Shown: positions 50,856-63,705 of the stretch, one piece after another | Layout: each line of letters opens with the position of its first letter | How positions within the stretch are numbered: the stretch's first letter is position 1 | DNA from: Camelus dromedarius | Taxonomy: Eukaryota | Direction: 5' to 3' | Assembly: GCF_036321535.1 (NCBI RefSeq) | Contig: NC_087437.1 | Span: forward strand, 109,618,001-109,682,000 | Length of the DNA: 64,000 nucleotides | Program-made: the position numbers and the translations under genes | Notes under the pieces: model-generated | Database searches by the model: none | Told to the model about the DNA's origin: nothing | What the model saw: the letters and a program-made list of their open reading frames with translations, nothing else

Positions 50856-51149
50856 CCAACGCCAGCGTATTTCTACATTGATACTTATCCATTTCCTATT
50901 CGGTTGGTCTCCACTTTGTAAAAGCTTAGCCTGAGTACAGTGCCTCAGACCTAAATTCACAGGCAAGAACTCAAGGCATCCCCAGTTTAAGGAAACAGTG
51001 GGAACTGCTATTGGACCACATCAGGAAATGAACTGCTTTGTGCTGGACGTGCAGATTTAATTCTAGGCTCTCAACAAACTGCCTGCAACCTAACTGAGTA
51101 GTGGGGTCACCATAGAGGAATCTTGCAAAAGATCTAATGGCCTTTATTA

Positions 51150-51370
51150 GAACTACACTAACTCTGGTGCCAGATCGTCTGGGTGCAGATCCTGTCCCCA
51201 CTACCAACTAGTGGCATTTGCACAACTTCTAACTAACTCTTCAAGTCTCTGTTTCTTCATCTGTACCATGGGATTATAGGGTTATTACAAGGATTTTAAA
51301 AATTAATATTTTATAAAGCATTAAGGATAGTGCTCTGTACAAAGTGAGTATATAATATAATACTTGCAAA
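51150..51370 (+). mobile_element. MIR
   Basis: TCTCTGTTTCTTCATCTGTACCATGGGATTATAGGGTTATTACAAGGATT. Confidence 0.7.
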
Positions 51371-52049
51371 AAACAAATGGGTGGACCATTTTTTTTTCTC
51401 CCATCCTGAATGTCACACAGTCTTTGAGAAGATGTAACACCCCATTTTAGAAGCCCTGGTATTCCCAGCCTCAGGGTTTCCTGAAAGCCATCTGGTGGGA
51501 ATCACCTTGAAGAAGGGAAATGAGAGGAAATCATAGTCTGTAGATAATGCCAGTGAATTCTCAATAGATGGAAGGCCATAGACTTATCCAGCCTTGCTTT
51601 GAACACGGACAATATTTCAGAATTCCTTTGTGGGAAGAGAAAGGTAATGTGAACATAAAGGGAGAAATGCAAATTAAAAAATAAAAGAAAAGCAATTTCA
51701 GTGTTCTTTTCTTAAATGTTCTTTTCTAAATCCATCTAGAAAACGTTAGCAACCCTAACATATGTATTCCAGGGACACAGCTGGCACGTGGACAACACGG
51801 ATCCTAACGGTGATTTGCCTACCTTGCTTAAATTACTGACTTCACTAGAACCCAACCCCATGTCCCCGAGTAGATAGAAATTTTTGATCTTTTCCAATAG
51901 AGTCACCTCAACTTCTAATTTAGATTAAGTGAGGGAGGACATTTCCTACTAAGTAGAAAGCAATTTTATTTTCTTTTTGAATTACAGTGAGTGTACTAAT
52001 TCATTGCTTACTCATTGCTCTTCGAAGCTGTGCCAACCAGGAGCAGCAG

Positions 52050-52310
52050 GACCTAGGTGTCTGTTAGCCATGCAGATCCCTGTGCCCCAGCCCTAGGGTG
52101 ACAGTTGTCCTGGCTTGCTGAGCCTATCCCAGTTTTCAGACTAAAAGTCATGCATCCTGGAAACTCCTGTTGGCCTGGGCAAACCAGATTTCTCTTCGTC
52201 TTACGCCAGACGTAGCAAATCTGAGACGCTGAGGGTGGACCCAGGAATCTAGGTTTTAACATGGTCTCCAGGTCATTTTTATGTGCACTGAAGTCTGAGA
52301 AATGCTACTT
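52050..52310. mobile_element. MER5A-like MITE split by a nested element
   Basis: CATGCAGATCCCTGTGCCCC on the left; CCAGAC...GGGTGGACCCAGGAATCTAGGTTTTAACA...GCACTGAAGTCTGAGAA on the right. Confidence 0.75.
52094..52203. mobile_element. MER81-like hAT-Blackjack MITE
   Basis: TAGGGTGACAGTTGTCCTGG...CCCAGTTTTCAGACTAAAAGTC...GGGCAAACCAG. Confidence 0.75.
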
Positions 52311-53297
52311 TAGATGGTTGCTTAATGCACAGAAGAACGAGCCTCCAGTCACCTAGTTTCTCTCAGTGCTCTGTCCACTTTCTACTTTTAGGTAGCTTGT
52401 CTATCTGACAAGACTAACTAAATTCCACCCACCAGCATCTGCTGTGCGGTCTCACAGCACTGCCTTCCTCTGCAGAGTCTGTACCATGGTCCAACCACCA
52501 GCCCCGACATTGCATTTTAGATCCATTGCTGCATTATTTAAGAACATGAATATCGTCACTGCATGCTGGCAGGGCTAGATGCCAGGCCATCTTTCCATTC
52601 TTTCAGGGGATCATCCTCACAGAATCACTCAGAGGAACATCTCCTCTGCAGAACTGAATGCCTTTCCTTTGGCTTTCTTGCTCTCTCTTTGCATTTTTAT
52701 CAATGAGCTTTGCATGTGCCCTGTGGTTCACGAGCTTCCCACACAGTTTTTCAATTATCCTCTTTGGCTTGAATATGTGACTTCAGGTCTATGGTTTGTC
52801 CCTTGCTGTATAGGCTCTCCTCAGTGCTGTCTCAAGCTGAGCCCTGGCAGTCTTCAACAAACATGGTGGTTTTCAGTCATATTACCAGTGTCATTCCCCA
52901 AATCAAATTGTGAATTGGGCCATGATTGACTTTGTCACCTATTAGTTTAACCTTCTTTCCTTCCTGAGTTTTCTCACCCCAATGTCCATCGCAGTCTTTT
53001 GTTCTGTGTTGTCTCTCTTAAGTGACTATCCAGGCATCCAGACTAAGCTTTTAACTGATGGATAAGGTGTTCCTTCAGGATAAAAAGTATGATACTTTTT
53101 CTTCTAACTCAAATGGAAAACAACATGGAGATCTTAAGAAAGGTGATTGTCATGGAGGAATTAGACACTAAGCCAGCATACTGAGGCCACCTCGTCTGAA
53201 CTCATAGTGGGGTGGCCCTGACCCTGGTAGCTATGACTGCAGAAGCACGTGCTCAGAGGCTTGTACCCAGAGAGGGAAATCCGCTCAAAAGGTCTCC

Positions 53298-53808
53298 TGT
53301 GGTAACCTGAATACTGGCCCTTGAATGTATCCATGTCCGAATCCCTGGAACCATGAAAAGCTACCTTATATGGCAAAAGATACTTTGCATATGTGATTAG
53401 GTTAAAGATCTTGGGATGGAGAGATTATCTTGGGTTATCCAGGTGGCCCCTAAATGTAATCAGAAGTATCTGTATACGAGGGAGGCAGAGTGAGATTTGG
53501 TAGCAGAGTAAGAAGACCATGTGATACTGAAGCAAGATGTTACACTGCTGCCTTTGAGGATGGAGGGATGACCACAAGCCATGGAGTGGAAAGAATGCAG
53601 CTCTAGAAGCTGGAACAGGCAGAGAAATGGACTCTTCCCTAGGGCCTCCAGAGAAAATGACACCTTGATTTTGGCCTAGTGAAACAGATGTATATAAGTG
53701 ACACTTACATAGTTATATATACTGATAACTATAAGATAATACATTTGTATTGTTGTAAGCCACTGAGTTTGTGGTAATTTGTTATGTCAGAGATAGGAAA
53801 CTAATACA
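53298..53808 (+). mobile_element. MLT1D-like MaLR solo LTR
   Basis: TGTGGTA start, TTATATGGCAAAAG...GATTATC...CTCTAGAAGCTGGAA, end GTTTGTGGTAATTTGTTA...GGAAACTAATACA. Confidence 0.9.
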
Positions 53809-54339
53809 ACGACCAACTCCATGCTCAGATGTCAGGGGAGGATGCTCTTGAAGTGTTGCTTCTTTTGCTTCTCCAGCAAGGCGGGCTGGACCAATTTCTC
53901 CTGCAGCAACACTGCATGTAGCACCTGCTGAATGACCACATGAAGACCTGGTTCTCTGCATCTGAGAAGCAGAAACTTCCTGCTGTCCAGCATTGTCTTA
54001 AGCCCCTGACTTTTCATCTCAAGTCCTGTGCAAATTGGAAAGATGGATTTGGTTCCTAGCTTCAGCTTCTTGCCTCCTTTGCCAGTCTCCGCTACACTTG
54101 TTGGCCACGTCCTGCCAGGCCCCACGGACCCACATTACTGGCCACTGCTCATCGGTGACAACTGGCTGCAGCTTCCACTCTGGGACTAAATCTTGAATCT
54201 GTAACTAAGGTCTAGTTCTTCTTAAGGACAGTGGTTCTCACCTACATTACCCCAAAGCTGGGAAGCCCTGTCCTACACACCACTACTCTGGTAGATTTGA
54301 AAGAGAAAGGGATTTGGGATCATCCATCTGGATGTGCAT

Positions 54340-55072
54340 CTGGACTTGACCACAGAGTCATGCTCTGTTGCAAGATATTGAACAAATTTCACTTCTCTGT
54401 GTCACAGATTTTCTTCTTTTTATCTTTCATCTGTAAGAAAAGGATGATAAAAATGCCTACCTCCTTGGAGGAATGTAGGAATGTAAGGACTAACTAACAG
54501 AGCTAATACACACTGCATTAGTCAGGGGTGTCCAGAGAAGCAGTACTAACAGGAGATGATATTGTATACACACACACACAAATACACACACACACACACA
54601 CATATATATACATACATACATACAGATACATATATGCATACATATATATGGAGATTTATTACGGGGAATGGGTCACATGATTATAGAGGCTGAGAAGTTC
54701 CTCAATCTCCCATCTGCAAGCTGGAGAACCAGGAAAGCTGGTGGCATAAGTTTCAGTCTGAGCACAGGGGAAGGCCAGCGTCCTAGCTGGAAAACAGTGG
54801 GAGAGAGCGAATTCTCCCTGGCTTCTCTTTTTGTTCTATCCAGGCCCTCAAGGGATGGGATGAGGCTCATACAAACTGGAGAGGATCATCTGCTTTACTC
54901 AGTCTACCAATTCAAATGTTAATCTCCTCCAGAAATGCCCTCCCAGACACACTCAATAATGTTTGACCAAATATCTGGGCACCCTATGACTCAGTTAAGT
55001 TGGCCTATAAAGTTAACCATCACACACACAAAACATCTGGTACCTTCTAGGGGCTCAACAAATGTCAGTTCT
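54340..55072 (+). mobile_element. MIR split by an MLT2 insertion
   Basis: CACTTCTCTGTGTCACAG...TCATCTGTAAG...GGATGATAA on the left; GGGCTCAACAAATGTCAGTT on the right. Confidence 0.65.
54514..55024 (-). mobile_element. MLT2 (ERVL) solo LTR with a 5-bp TSD
   Basis: TGCATTAGTCAGGGG...internal CA/TA microsatellite...AAGTTAACCATCACA; CACAC at 54509-54513 and 55025-55029. Confidence 0.92.
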
Positions 55073-55107
55073 CTTTAATAGGGGCCTTGCATGAGCTGAG
55101 TCAGTAA

Positions 55108-55250
55108 CAGGAAAGAAATAAAAGAAAGGGAGAAAAAGGGAGAGGGAGAGATAGAAAGAGAAAGGAGGAAAGACAGGAAGGAAGGAAGAGAGAGAGAAAG
55201 AAAGAGGAAGAAAGAAAGAGAAAGAAAGAAAAAGAAAGAGGAAAAAAGTA
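55108..55250. repeat. GA-rich low-complexity tract
   Basis: Read directly from the sequence. Confidence 0.9.
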
Positions 55251-55331
55251 AAAACTCAGCTAAACTGCCTCAAAAGGCTAGGCATTGTGCTGTGTATCAG
55301 GTAAAATAAGGGAAAACAAAAACGATTCCTT

Positions 55332-55600
55332 GGTGGATACAATTTGTCAAAGCCAATGGAATGTACACCACCAAGAGTGAACCCTAATGCGATCTGTGGG
55401 CTTTGGGTGATAATGATGTGTCCATGGAGGTTCACCAGTTGTAACAAATGTCCCACTGCGGCGGGGCATGTTGGCAGTAGGGGAGGCTGTGCTTGTGTTA
55501 AGGGAGGAGAAGGGAGTATGTGGTAAATCTCTGTATTTCCTGCTCAATTTTGCTATGAACCCAAAACTATTTTAAAAAATAAAGTCTATAAAAAACAACA
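55332..55600 (+). mobile_element. L1MC-like 3' end
   Basis: ACCAAGAGTGAACCCTAATG...TGTAACAAATGTCCCACT...CTCAATTTTGCTATGAACC...AAAAATAAAGTCTAT. Confidence 0.88.
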
Positions 55601-56139
55601 AGCAATAGCTGTCAAAAAATTTACAAATTTCCTAAGTGGTAGAAATGGATTCCAACATAGTGAGTTTCTCTTGTGGGCAGTGGAGTGAACAGCAGTTGCG
55701 GGGAAAGCTGAAGGACACTGCTTCTGACTGTCTTCTCTTTTTTTGCAGAGATGCTTGTTTCTTCACAATTTTTAAAAAAACATATATTATTTTTAATTGC
55801 TGAAAACCATCAGCATACAACTTCTAATCAGGGTTCACAGAAGGGCTCATGACCAGGGTAAATTTTCAGCTCAGTCTATAGTGCTTCAGCCCCGCACCTG
55901 GAATATTTGCTCTGCCCTAAGAACATTATAAAATCTATTAGGTATGTTTAAAAATCACAGTATGTTAAATGTTCTCTTTCTTAAGAAAATTCATCCAGTG
56001 TTTTTTTCTTATTAATACTTAACTGCAAGGAGATAATGTAAAAATATTTATAGAGAGAATGTATTTTCCCCTTACTATTAGGGAAAGTAAAATACCTAAA
56101 GGAGAGTTTTTCATAATATTGAGCTCACCTCGATAACCT

Positions 56140-56368
56140 TAAAGCAAAGAGTTTATCTGTAAAGGGCCAGAGAGTAAATCTTTTAGGTCTAATGTGGCGT
56201 AGGACCTCTGTCACAACTCCTGAACTCTGCTGTTGTAGCACGGATGCTGTCACAGATAATACTTGAGCAAACCGTCATGCCTGTCCTGTATGTGGCAGTA
56301 AAGCTCTGTGCACAGAACAGGTGTGTGGGCCTGATTTGGCCCATGGGCCACAGTCTGCATACCTTTGA
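56140..56368. mobile_element. MER58A-like MITE
   Basis: TCTGTAAAGGGCCAGAGAGTAAAT...CTCTGCTGTTGTAGC...GATTTGGCCCATGGGCCACAGT. Confidence 0.85.
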
Positions 56369-57639
56369 TTTAAATCCTTGTACTCTCCACTACCAAGTCA
56401 CACACGTGGCATCTTCATCCAAACAAACAGCAAATATGCGAGAGAACATCCCACAGCCCGAATGTCTCAGTTACTTTGCAGACCCGAGACCTCACCAAAT
56501 GCGTCTTCAGAGCCCTGTAAGCTTCTTAGCATCATGGTAGATCTTCAAATCAAGGGAATTAAGAAAAAAAAATTCATTAAGTTCCAGCTAGACACAGAAC
56601 TGTGCAAAATGTCTCTTTATTCTCTCTCTTTGTCCAGTAGTGGCTCTTGCTGTCACTAACAGTCCTCTGGGGCCAGCATCTCTCTTCCTGGTCTGCTTTG
56701 GACCTTCTCAGCAGCCTTCAGATCCTGTCTCAGTCTTTTTCACCAGAGGCTTAAGATCTAAAAGAATACATTGTAAAAGTTTTCCTGAATGTTTGGGTTC
56801 TCGACAGATGACTGTAACTTTCTCTCATGTTACACACAGAATAAAAAAGTAAAAAAAAAAAAAAATACAGAGATGGGTGATGAGGACAGGATGCATCATG
56901 TGTTATTCCACCACTCTGTAGATCTTAGACCTCGAAACTTTCCAAGTTGAGATGAGTAATGAGAATATTGACACTGCCTCTTGGCTACTAGAGAAACAAT
57001 ATCTGTGAATATTTGAGAAGCTGAATTATAGAAGCACATTACTAATTTCGTATCCTCAAAGTAAATCACAGATTGTGTTAGTGGAACCAGGTAATCGGTA
57101 TGTGGTCAAGTTTTGCTTATACCTGCTCCAGAGCAAATTGTGATGGGCCATCCCTGTTTCTCCTTTCTTGTTAGTATTCACTCAGATCTCTTCATAAAAC
57201 TTTAACCCTCCTGCTCCTAAGGCATCCCACTGGCAAACTTTTCCTGTCCTTTTAAATTCAATCCTAAGACCAAGGCCACATGATGAATTTGTCAGACTAG
57301 TTCGACAAGAAAATACGAGAGGTGTCAGAACAATTTATTTCACTTGGAAAAACAACACGCTAAAATATACAAAATTAAAAAATCTATTATGTCCAGGAAA
57401 GCTTTTGGTGGCTTTCCAAGATCTGGTGCATATGGAATAATTGACAAATGGAGCTTGTTTTCCCACGGAGTGCAGCAGAACGGTTGATTTATTAAATCTC
57501 AGGCTGAAATGTATTTTCACAAACAACTTCCTAATTCAATTCAGCATTTTAATGTCTTGTTGCTTACTCTGATTTGAGCTATGAAACATCTAAATTTTTC
57601 AAGTGTTTCACAAAAATGACCTTCCCACGTGCAAGTCAC

Positions 57640-57860
57640 CCTCTGCTTCATTAATTAAGTCTCCTGTGGTCAAAAGGCAAATAGAATTGACTGTGGGCAA
57701 ATTCACGCACATGGACCGGAAGGTGCCAATTACCTCGTGTTAACCAATCAAAAGATCAAAGACACAAGATCACAGAGATGAGGAATACAAAGTGAGGGAA
57801 GCTGGGTGCAAAAAAAGAGAAAATACCACTGAACGGACCGATTGGTGAAATTGATAAATT
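57640..57860. promoter_or_regulatory. Candidate enhancer-like motif cluster in unique DNA
   Basis: TTAATTAA at 57651, ACCGGAAG at 57715, CCAAT at 57726 and 57744, AGATCAAAG at 57753, ATTGG at 57841; motif evidence only. Confidence 0.3.
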
Positions 57861-58539
57861 CTTCTTCCTTTTCTTCTGTTAGGAGATAAACATAATTCAG
57901 AATCCTCTAGCTACACCTATCCACCCGCTTCCAAATACGATTTGGAAACAAAGTGTTAGCTGGTTTCCCTCTCTGCTTGTCATATGTGTATAACACTTGT
58001 ATTTCTGTCACCCTCTGATCCTTAGAAGATTGAGGAAGTCCACCGGAGACGGAGAAAGGGATTCAACTGTGAAACAAAATTAAATTTTAAAGAAAGCAAC
58101 CTAGGCTATACTCAGCAGAATTTACAGCACAAAGCTGGATTAGGGCAAATTCACTTTTTTCACAGTAGCTAACATTTTCTTTTTTGGCAAGAATAATGTA
58201 ATTTATAGGTAGTTTGATTTTCAATTTTCCAAATACTGCAGATGGTCTTAATTTTTGTTATCAATGTGTTTCCCCTCTACATGCTGAGACATGCTTTCTT
58301 GATTTATATAAAACAGCCCTCATTCTTTGGGTGATAATAAAAGCTCAGTTTAGAAGAGTCATACCCCCCACAGGCAGAGACAGAGCCCTTTCTTGCTAGA
58401 GGGAAAAGAAGAGGAAGGCAGGTGAAGATTCTATTATAAACGTTTATTGATTTAAAATGGTCCCTTCTCCCTCCCCCCGATCTTTTTTCTTTTCTCCCTC
58501 TCTCCCTTTTTTTCCTTCCTCCGTTTCTCTTTTCTTTCA

Positions 58540-59335
58540 CTTATTCCTTAAAATTTCAGTACAAAAGCGATCGAGTGGAAATGCACTCAGCATGCGTCTG
58601 CACAGGTGGGGGTTGCAGCAGTGTGCTGGGGGTGTCAGCACACGAGCATGACAAGGGGGCATCTTTGCAAAGTTAGGGGGCAGGACATGGGTATTGGCAG
58701 TGGCCAAAGAGTGGGGAAGGCGTCTGTGTGTAAGGAAGAGAGGGCATCGATGGAGGTGAGGGCAGGAGTGGCTTTGGCTCAGAGTAGAGTGCACAGGCAA
58801 AGAAATTTGGGGAGAGCAGCTGCACAGAGGGGTCAAAGTCACTCAGCCAGGGACGATTCAGCCCAATTGTGACAAGGGGGACGTTAGAGCAGAGGGTATC
58901 AGTGGCAGATTGGCAAGATTAGCATTGAGTGGGATGAGGATGTCTATGTCGAGGGGAGGCAGTCAGAGGTAGGAAGCCTGGGCACAGGGCATCGAAGCCT
59001 GACCAGGTAAGGAGGGTGTCCTTGGGCTTAGGTTAGGGTAAGGACCCTTAAGTTAGGGAGCTAGTGCTGGTCCAAAGCAAGGTGTCAGCATCTGAGCAAG
59101 GACTACAGAGCATCTGCGGAGGGGTGAGGCCACGACAGATTGATGGTAAGACGGTTACATACAAAGGTGATTCACGCAATATGTTGGTATTTTAAGGTTA
59201 ATGGGAGCCAGTTTCTCACAACTGAGAGAAGTAGATTTAAATATATGAAAAGAAGGAAAATGAGAATGAACCCTTTGTAGTTAATTCAGAACTGGAGTTA
59301 CCAGTCTTAATTCAGGATTTTCAATATATAAAGAA
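58540..59335 (+). mobile_element. L1MC-like 3'UTR fragment
   Basis: G-rich UTR followed by GGTTACATAC...TAATGGGAGCCAGTTTCTCAC...GAATGAACCC. Confidence 0.6.
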
Positions 59336-59418
59336 ATAAATAATGATGCAAATGTGCTCATTTTTAACTGAGTCGTCTTTTGATTGTTGAGTTGTAAGAA
59401 TTCTTTCTATATATTCGC

Positions 59419-59503
59419 TTTTAACTGGAGATACTGGGAGTTGAACCCTGGCCCTCGTACATGCTAGACATGTGTTCCACCGCTGAACCATACCCTCATC
59501 CCC
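59419..59503 (-). mobile_element. tRNA-derived SINE (Vic-1-like)
   Basis: Reverse complement GGGGATGAGGGTATGGTTCAGCGGTGG...GGGTTCAACTCCCAGTATCTCCAG carries A and B boxes and resembles 26628-26733. Confidence 0.85.
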
Positions 59504-59504
59504 T

Positions 59505-61760
59505 GGGTCATGCTTTTTCAATATATTTTGCTAACTAACCTCTGTTTTCTGTTTGGAGTATTTAACCACTCACATTTAATGTTAGTACTGATTGAAAAAG
59601 GGATTTACATCTGCCCCATCGCTATTTGATTTCTGTATGTCTAAAGTCGTTTCATGGTTCTCTATTCCTCCATCACTGCTTTCTTTGTGTTAAGGAGATA
59701 TTTTCTAGAGTTCTTTTTAAATGTTTTAAAGTTAGTATTTTTTGAGTTATATTTTTAATGATTCCCCGGGGGATTACAAACATACTTTAATTCTGTCTTT
59801 TATATTTACTTACATAGTTAATTTACCAGTGTTATTTATATTCTCACATGAACTAAAGTTACACTCTCACATGCTTTCATTTCTGCCCAAAAGATGTAAT
59901 ATTTCTTATAGGAAAGGTCTTCTAGCAAAAAACTGCCAGTTGTTAGTTTTCTGTGAATGTCTTATTTTCTCCTTCATTTTTGAAGGACAGCTTTGCCAGG
60001 TATGATTGACAGTTTTTTTTCTTTCAGCACGTACAGTGTCATTCCACTGCCTGCTGGCCTCCACAGTTTCTGATGAGGTGAGCTCTTCATTTTTTTAGGG
60101 TCCTTTGTAGGTGATGAGTCACTTTTGTCTTGGTTCTTTCAAGATTCTCTCGCTCTGTTGTCAGTCTGGCTATGATGTGTCTATGAGGTGTGGATTTGAG
60201 TTTATATATAGGTATGTGTAGATAATTTATTATATTTTTAAATATTCTTCCTGCCCCTTTTCTCTGTCTCCCTCTCTCTCGTCATCTTCTGAGATTTCCA
60301 TTATGCGTACTTTGGTACAGTTGACGGTATCCTGTGGGTCGCTAGGGATCCTTTTATTTTTCTTCGTTCTTTTTCTTTCTCCCACTGGACAGTTTAAACT
60401 GACCTGTTTTCTGACTCTTTCTGCCACCAGCTCAGACACGCTGTCAAGCCCCTCTAGGGACTTTTTCATTTCACTTATTTTGCTTTGCAACTCAAGAACT
60501 TCCATTTGGTCCCTTTTCATGCTTTTGTCTCTTTATTGTTATTCCCTGTTTGGTGAATGTGTAATATACTCAAACTTACTTTTCTGTAATTCTTTAGGCA
60601 TTTTTTTTTCCTTTGTGCTTTGAACATATTTATAATATCTGATTAAAAGACTTTGTTTCATAAGTCCAAAATCTGCTTTTTTCATCCATGTATGGATCAT
60701 ACTTTCTTGTTTCTGTGTGAGCCTCATAATATTTTGCTGTTGTTGAAAGCTGAACATTTTAGCATCAAGCGGTAATCCTAGAAACCAGATTATCCTCTTT
60801 ACCCAAATTACTGCTAATTTGTTTAGGCATTTTTCTGGACTAATTCTGCAAAATCTGTGTGCCTTGTCATGTGCAGGCACTGAAGACTCCACATGGTGGT
60901 CAGATAATGCTTGGATAGAGATTCCCTAAGTGCCTTGAACCAATACGTTTTCCACCCTTCGCTGAAGCACCCATGTGCTGAAGGTGCTTTTGAACACACT
61001 GTCAAATCTTTGGCTGTTTTTGCCTCTGCCTTAATCCTCATTTCCTATTTGTGCAATGCCTCCAAGTCTGCCTGAAGTGAGAGATTCGAGCATGCTAGAC
61101 CTTTCTTGGGAATATGAGCAACCTGCATATATGTGTGGTCTCCTTGATTTCTAGAAATATGCAGAAACGTTTTGAAATCCCCTATGGGTATCTCATCCTC
61201 CTAATTTTCCTTTTAAGTGTTTTTTTCCCCAGCCTCTGGCTTGACCAGTTGCATCACTGCATTAGGCAGCTGCAGTGTTTAACAATTTCTGCTGTATTTT
61301 TTTTTTTCTTTTGACAAATACCTTCAAACAGGATTTTTCTCACTGAACAAGCTCTGAGTCAGTTCAAACAAAAGACAAGCTCTGTGAATGAGACCTTTGC
61401 AGGAAGCTTCCACATTGTGTCAGTTCTCTGGAGATGAGGTTTTTTGGGTGGAACTTCAAGGCCATTTTATTCCCCTTCTGGTCACTGCTAAGCTGTCATT
61501 TTTCACAGCTTTTGTGGTTGTGAGGCTTCTGGTTTTCAAGGGAAAGGGGGACAGAAATAGAACAAGGAAAAATCCCACAATGCTCACTGTTATATACGAT
61601 ACGTAGCTGTTTTCTTTGAATAAAGCTCCGGATATCATTGCAAATATTTGGATAATTTCAAAAGTTTCAAGAAAAGTTGATTTTTATCATTTTTGGCAGT
61701 GTTTTTTTTTTATATATTCAGTGGGTTTTCAGAGGTTCTTACTCTACCATTCTAGAAGTG
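59505..61760 (-). mobile_element. Old L1 5' region with an ORF1 remnant
   Basis: ORF 60230-60520 (QMEVLELQSKISEMKKSLEGLDS...VRIMEISE) is ORF1p-like; flanks resemble L1M inter-ORF and 5' sequence. Confidence 0.75.
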
Positions 61761-63686
61761 TTTTCTTTATAATCTTTATGTAGCTTTTCTGTTAGTTTGT
61801 TTCAAAATAAAGAAAAAAATGTTAATTTAGTTATTTGCCCTTTATCTCACCTTTAGTTCCTTGCATTTTCCTCCTTTTTAAAGACATTCAGCCCACTTAT
61901 TTGCATAAGCATCATTATTTCATTAGTCAAGGTTCAGCAGTGCTTGGAACCTATAGGTACTTCCACACTGACAGCCATGCAAGCTTTAGTTTCTTTTTTT
62001 CTCTCGTTATGCATTTAATCAGCCAACCTTACCTTTCCTGTAATGCTCATCAGTGACACGATCTTATTAGGAATAAGACATTCAGTTGTCTTTTAAATTC
62101 ACATTTTTTGTCTTCTTCATTAGCAATTACATTTCTGAATGTGAACTACATTTCAGATATATACTCTACAATTCACACTGCAGAGAGAGAACTTCATAAT
62201 TTTTCCATTTCAGTAGAAATGGTCATCACCACTAATTTACAAAAGAAGATACTCCTCAGGCATATCTATTATTGATGCAAGTTGATCAAGGGTAAAGTAG
62301 TAATTTTTAAACAAATACTAAAGGTTTATGTGACATCAGAATCTTGAAATAAAGCACAAATAAAGTGGATTAGAGCTTTTACTATCAACCAGGATTTTTT
62401 TATTTTTTTGCACTTTACTCTAAATTGTCCATTATAGATGTTGCAAATATTTTGTTATTTTTTAACAGTTGCCTGAAAGAAGTGTTTCCCATCTTCCTTG
62501 TCCTTCCTCTTTCTTCTGTCTCAGCCTTCTTTATATTTTCTTGTATGATACTCTTTTCTAAGTTCCAAGAAGTCACTGTCCAATTTAAATCACTGCAGTG
62601 CTGCTTTATTCCACGAGAGGGCACTCAAATGGCTTTCTTTGTCTGGTTCTCTGCTTTCTCAGTTGTTTACTACATTTGACTGTAGAACAAATTTATCCCT
62701 AAATCCTCTACCGAAAACAAGATGATACACATACACATGCAACTAAAATTAAGTTCTTAGGGAAGGTGAATATTTATATGTTCTAGAAATAGGAAAATGG
62801 AAAGGAAGAGACTGAGATACCCCAATATGACATCCATGGCAATTTCATGTGCTTCCTAGGAAAGGCTTTCAATATCCAGTAAATGTGATTCCTGAAAAGG
62901 AGGCAAGGCACATGGAAAAGCTTATATGTTCTGCATTGATCAAATACCGATGATATTTGATAATTTCCAAACTAAATAGAACAGGTAAAATCTTTTTTTT
63001 TTCTCTTTCTTTCTTTCTTTCTTTTTGAAATAAAGCTGAAAAAATTAATTCACGTGGGTAAATGTCTGAGATGATTATGGGTAGAGAGAGATTATGAAAA
63101 ACAACACCTGAGTTTTGCCAGAATAACGAGAGAGAAGATGTTAAGGAAATATTTGCTTTGCTGACATTAGGGTGACAGAAACATAAAGAAATGACTCACT
63201 GTTATTCTATTTTAAATCACAGCATAGTGCTACCACTGCAAAGTGTTTGAGCAAGCTGTAGTGCACCAAAGATGATCAAAGCTGTCTGTGTCTAGAGGTC
63301 AGACCCATGTGAGGAGCAGATGTGGGGTGGCGAGATGAGCAGTGATGGGGTGAGACATGCACTATTCAGTCATCCCGGAGAGTCCGTGTATTATTCTGAC
63401 TTTATGGAAATTTTCCTGTTCTGCCTATAAGAGATCAAACAAGACTAGGAGTATCTTTAGAAAGGACCTTGCCTGAGTTGAAGATAACCAGGATTGACTA
63501 TTAGAAGAAAGATGTCTCTTTTGAGCGAATATTGTAGAAGGGAGAGGGACTCTGGGTGTCAAGGCCCAGAATTTCTATCGTAATTTTTATATTCTACCCA
63601 ACGAACCATCTGCCACGAGGTCAGTCGCTTTTCCTGAATTCTGAATCAATTCTGGTAGCCCTAGAGTCAACTGTTTGATAGCTCTG

Positions 63687-63705
63687 TAACCACCAGGGGG
63701 CAAAG
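63687..63705 (+). promoter_or_regulatory. Candidate CTCF site
   Basis: CCACCAGGGGGC at 63690-63701 matches the CTCF core. Confidence 0.5.

Noticed and set aside
53832..54125. 97-aa minus-strand ORF and a nearby + strand acceptor at about 53876
   Set aside because: No recognisable homology, non-ATG start, and all three + frames after the acceptor close quickly
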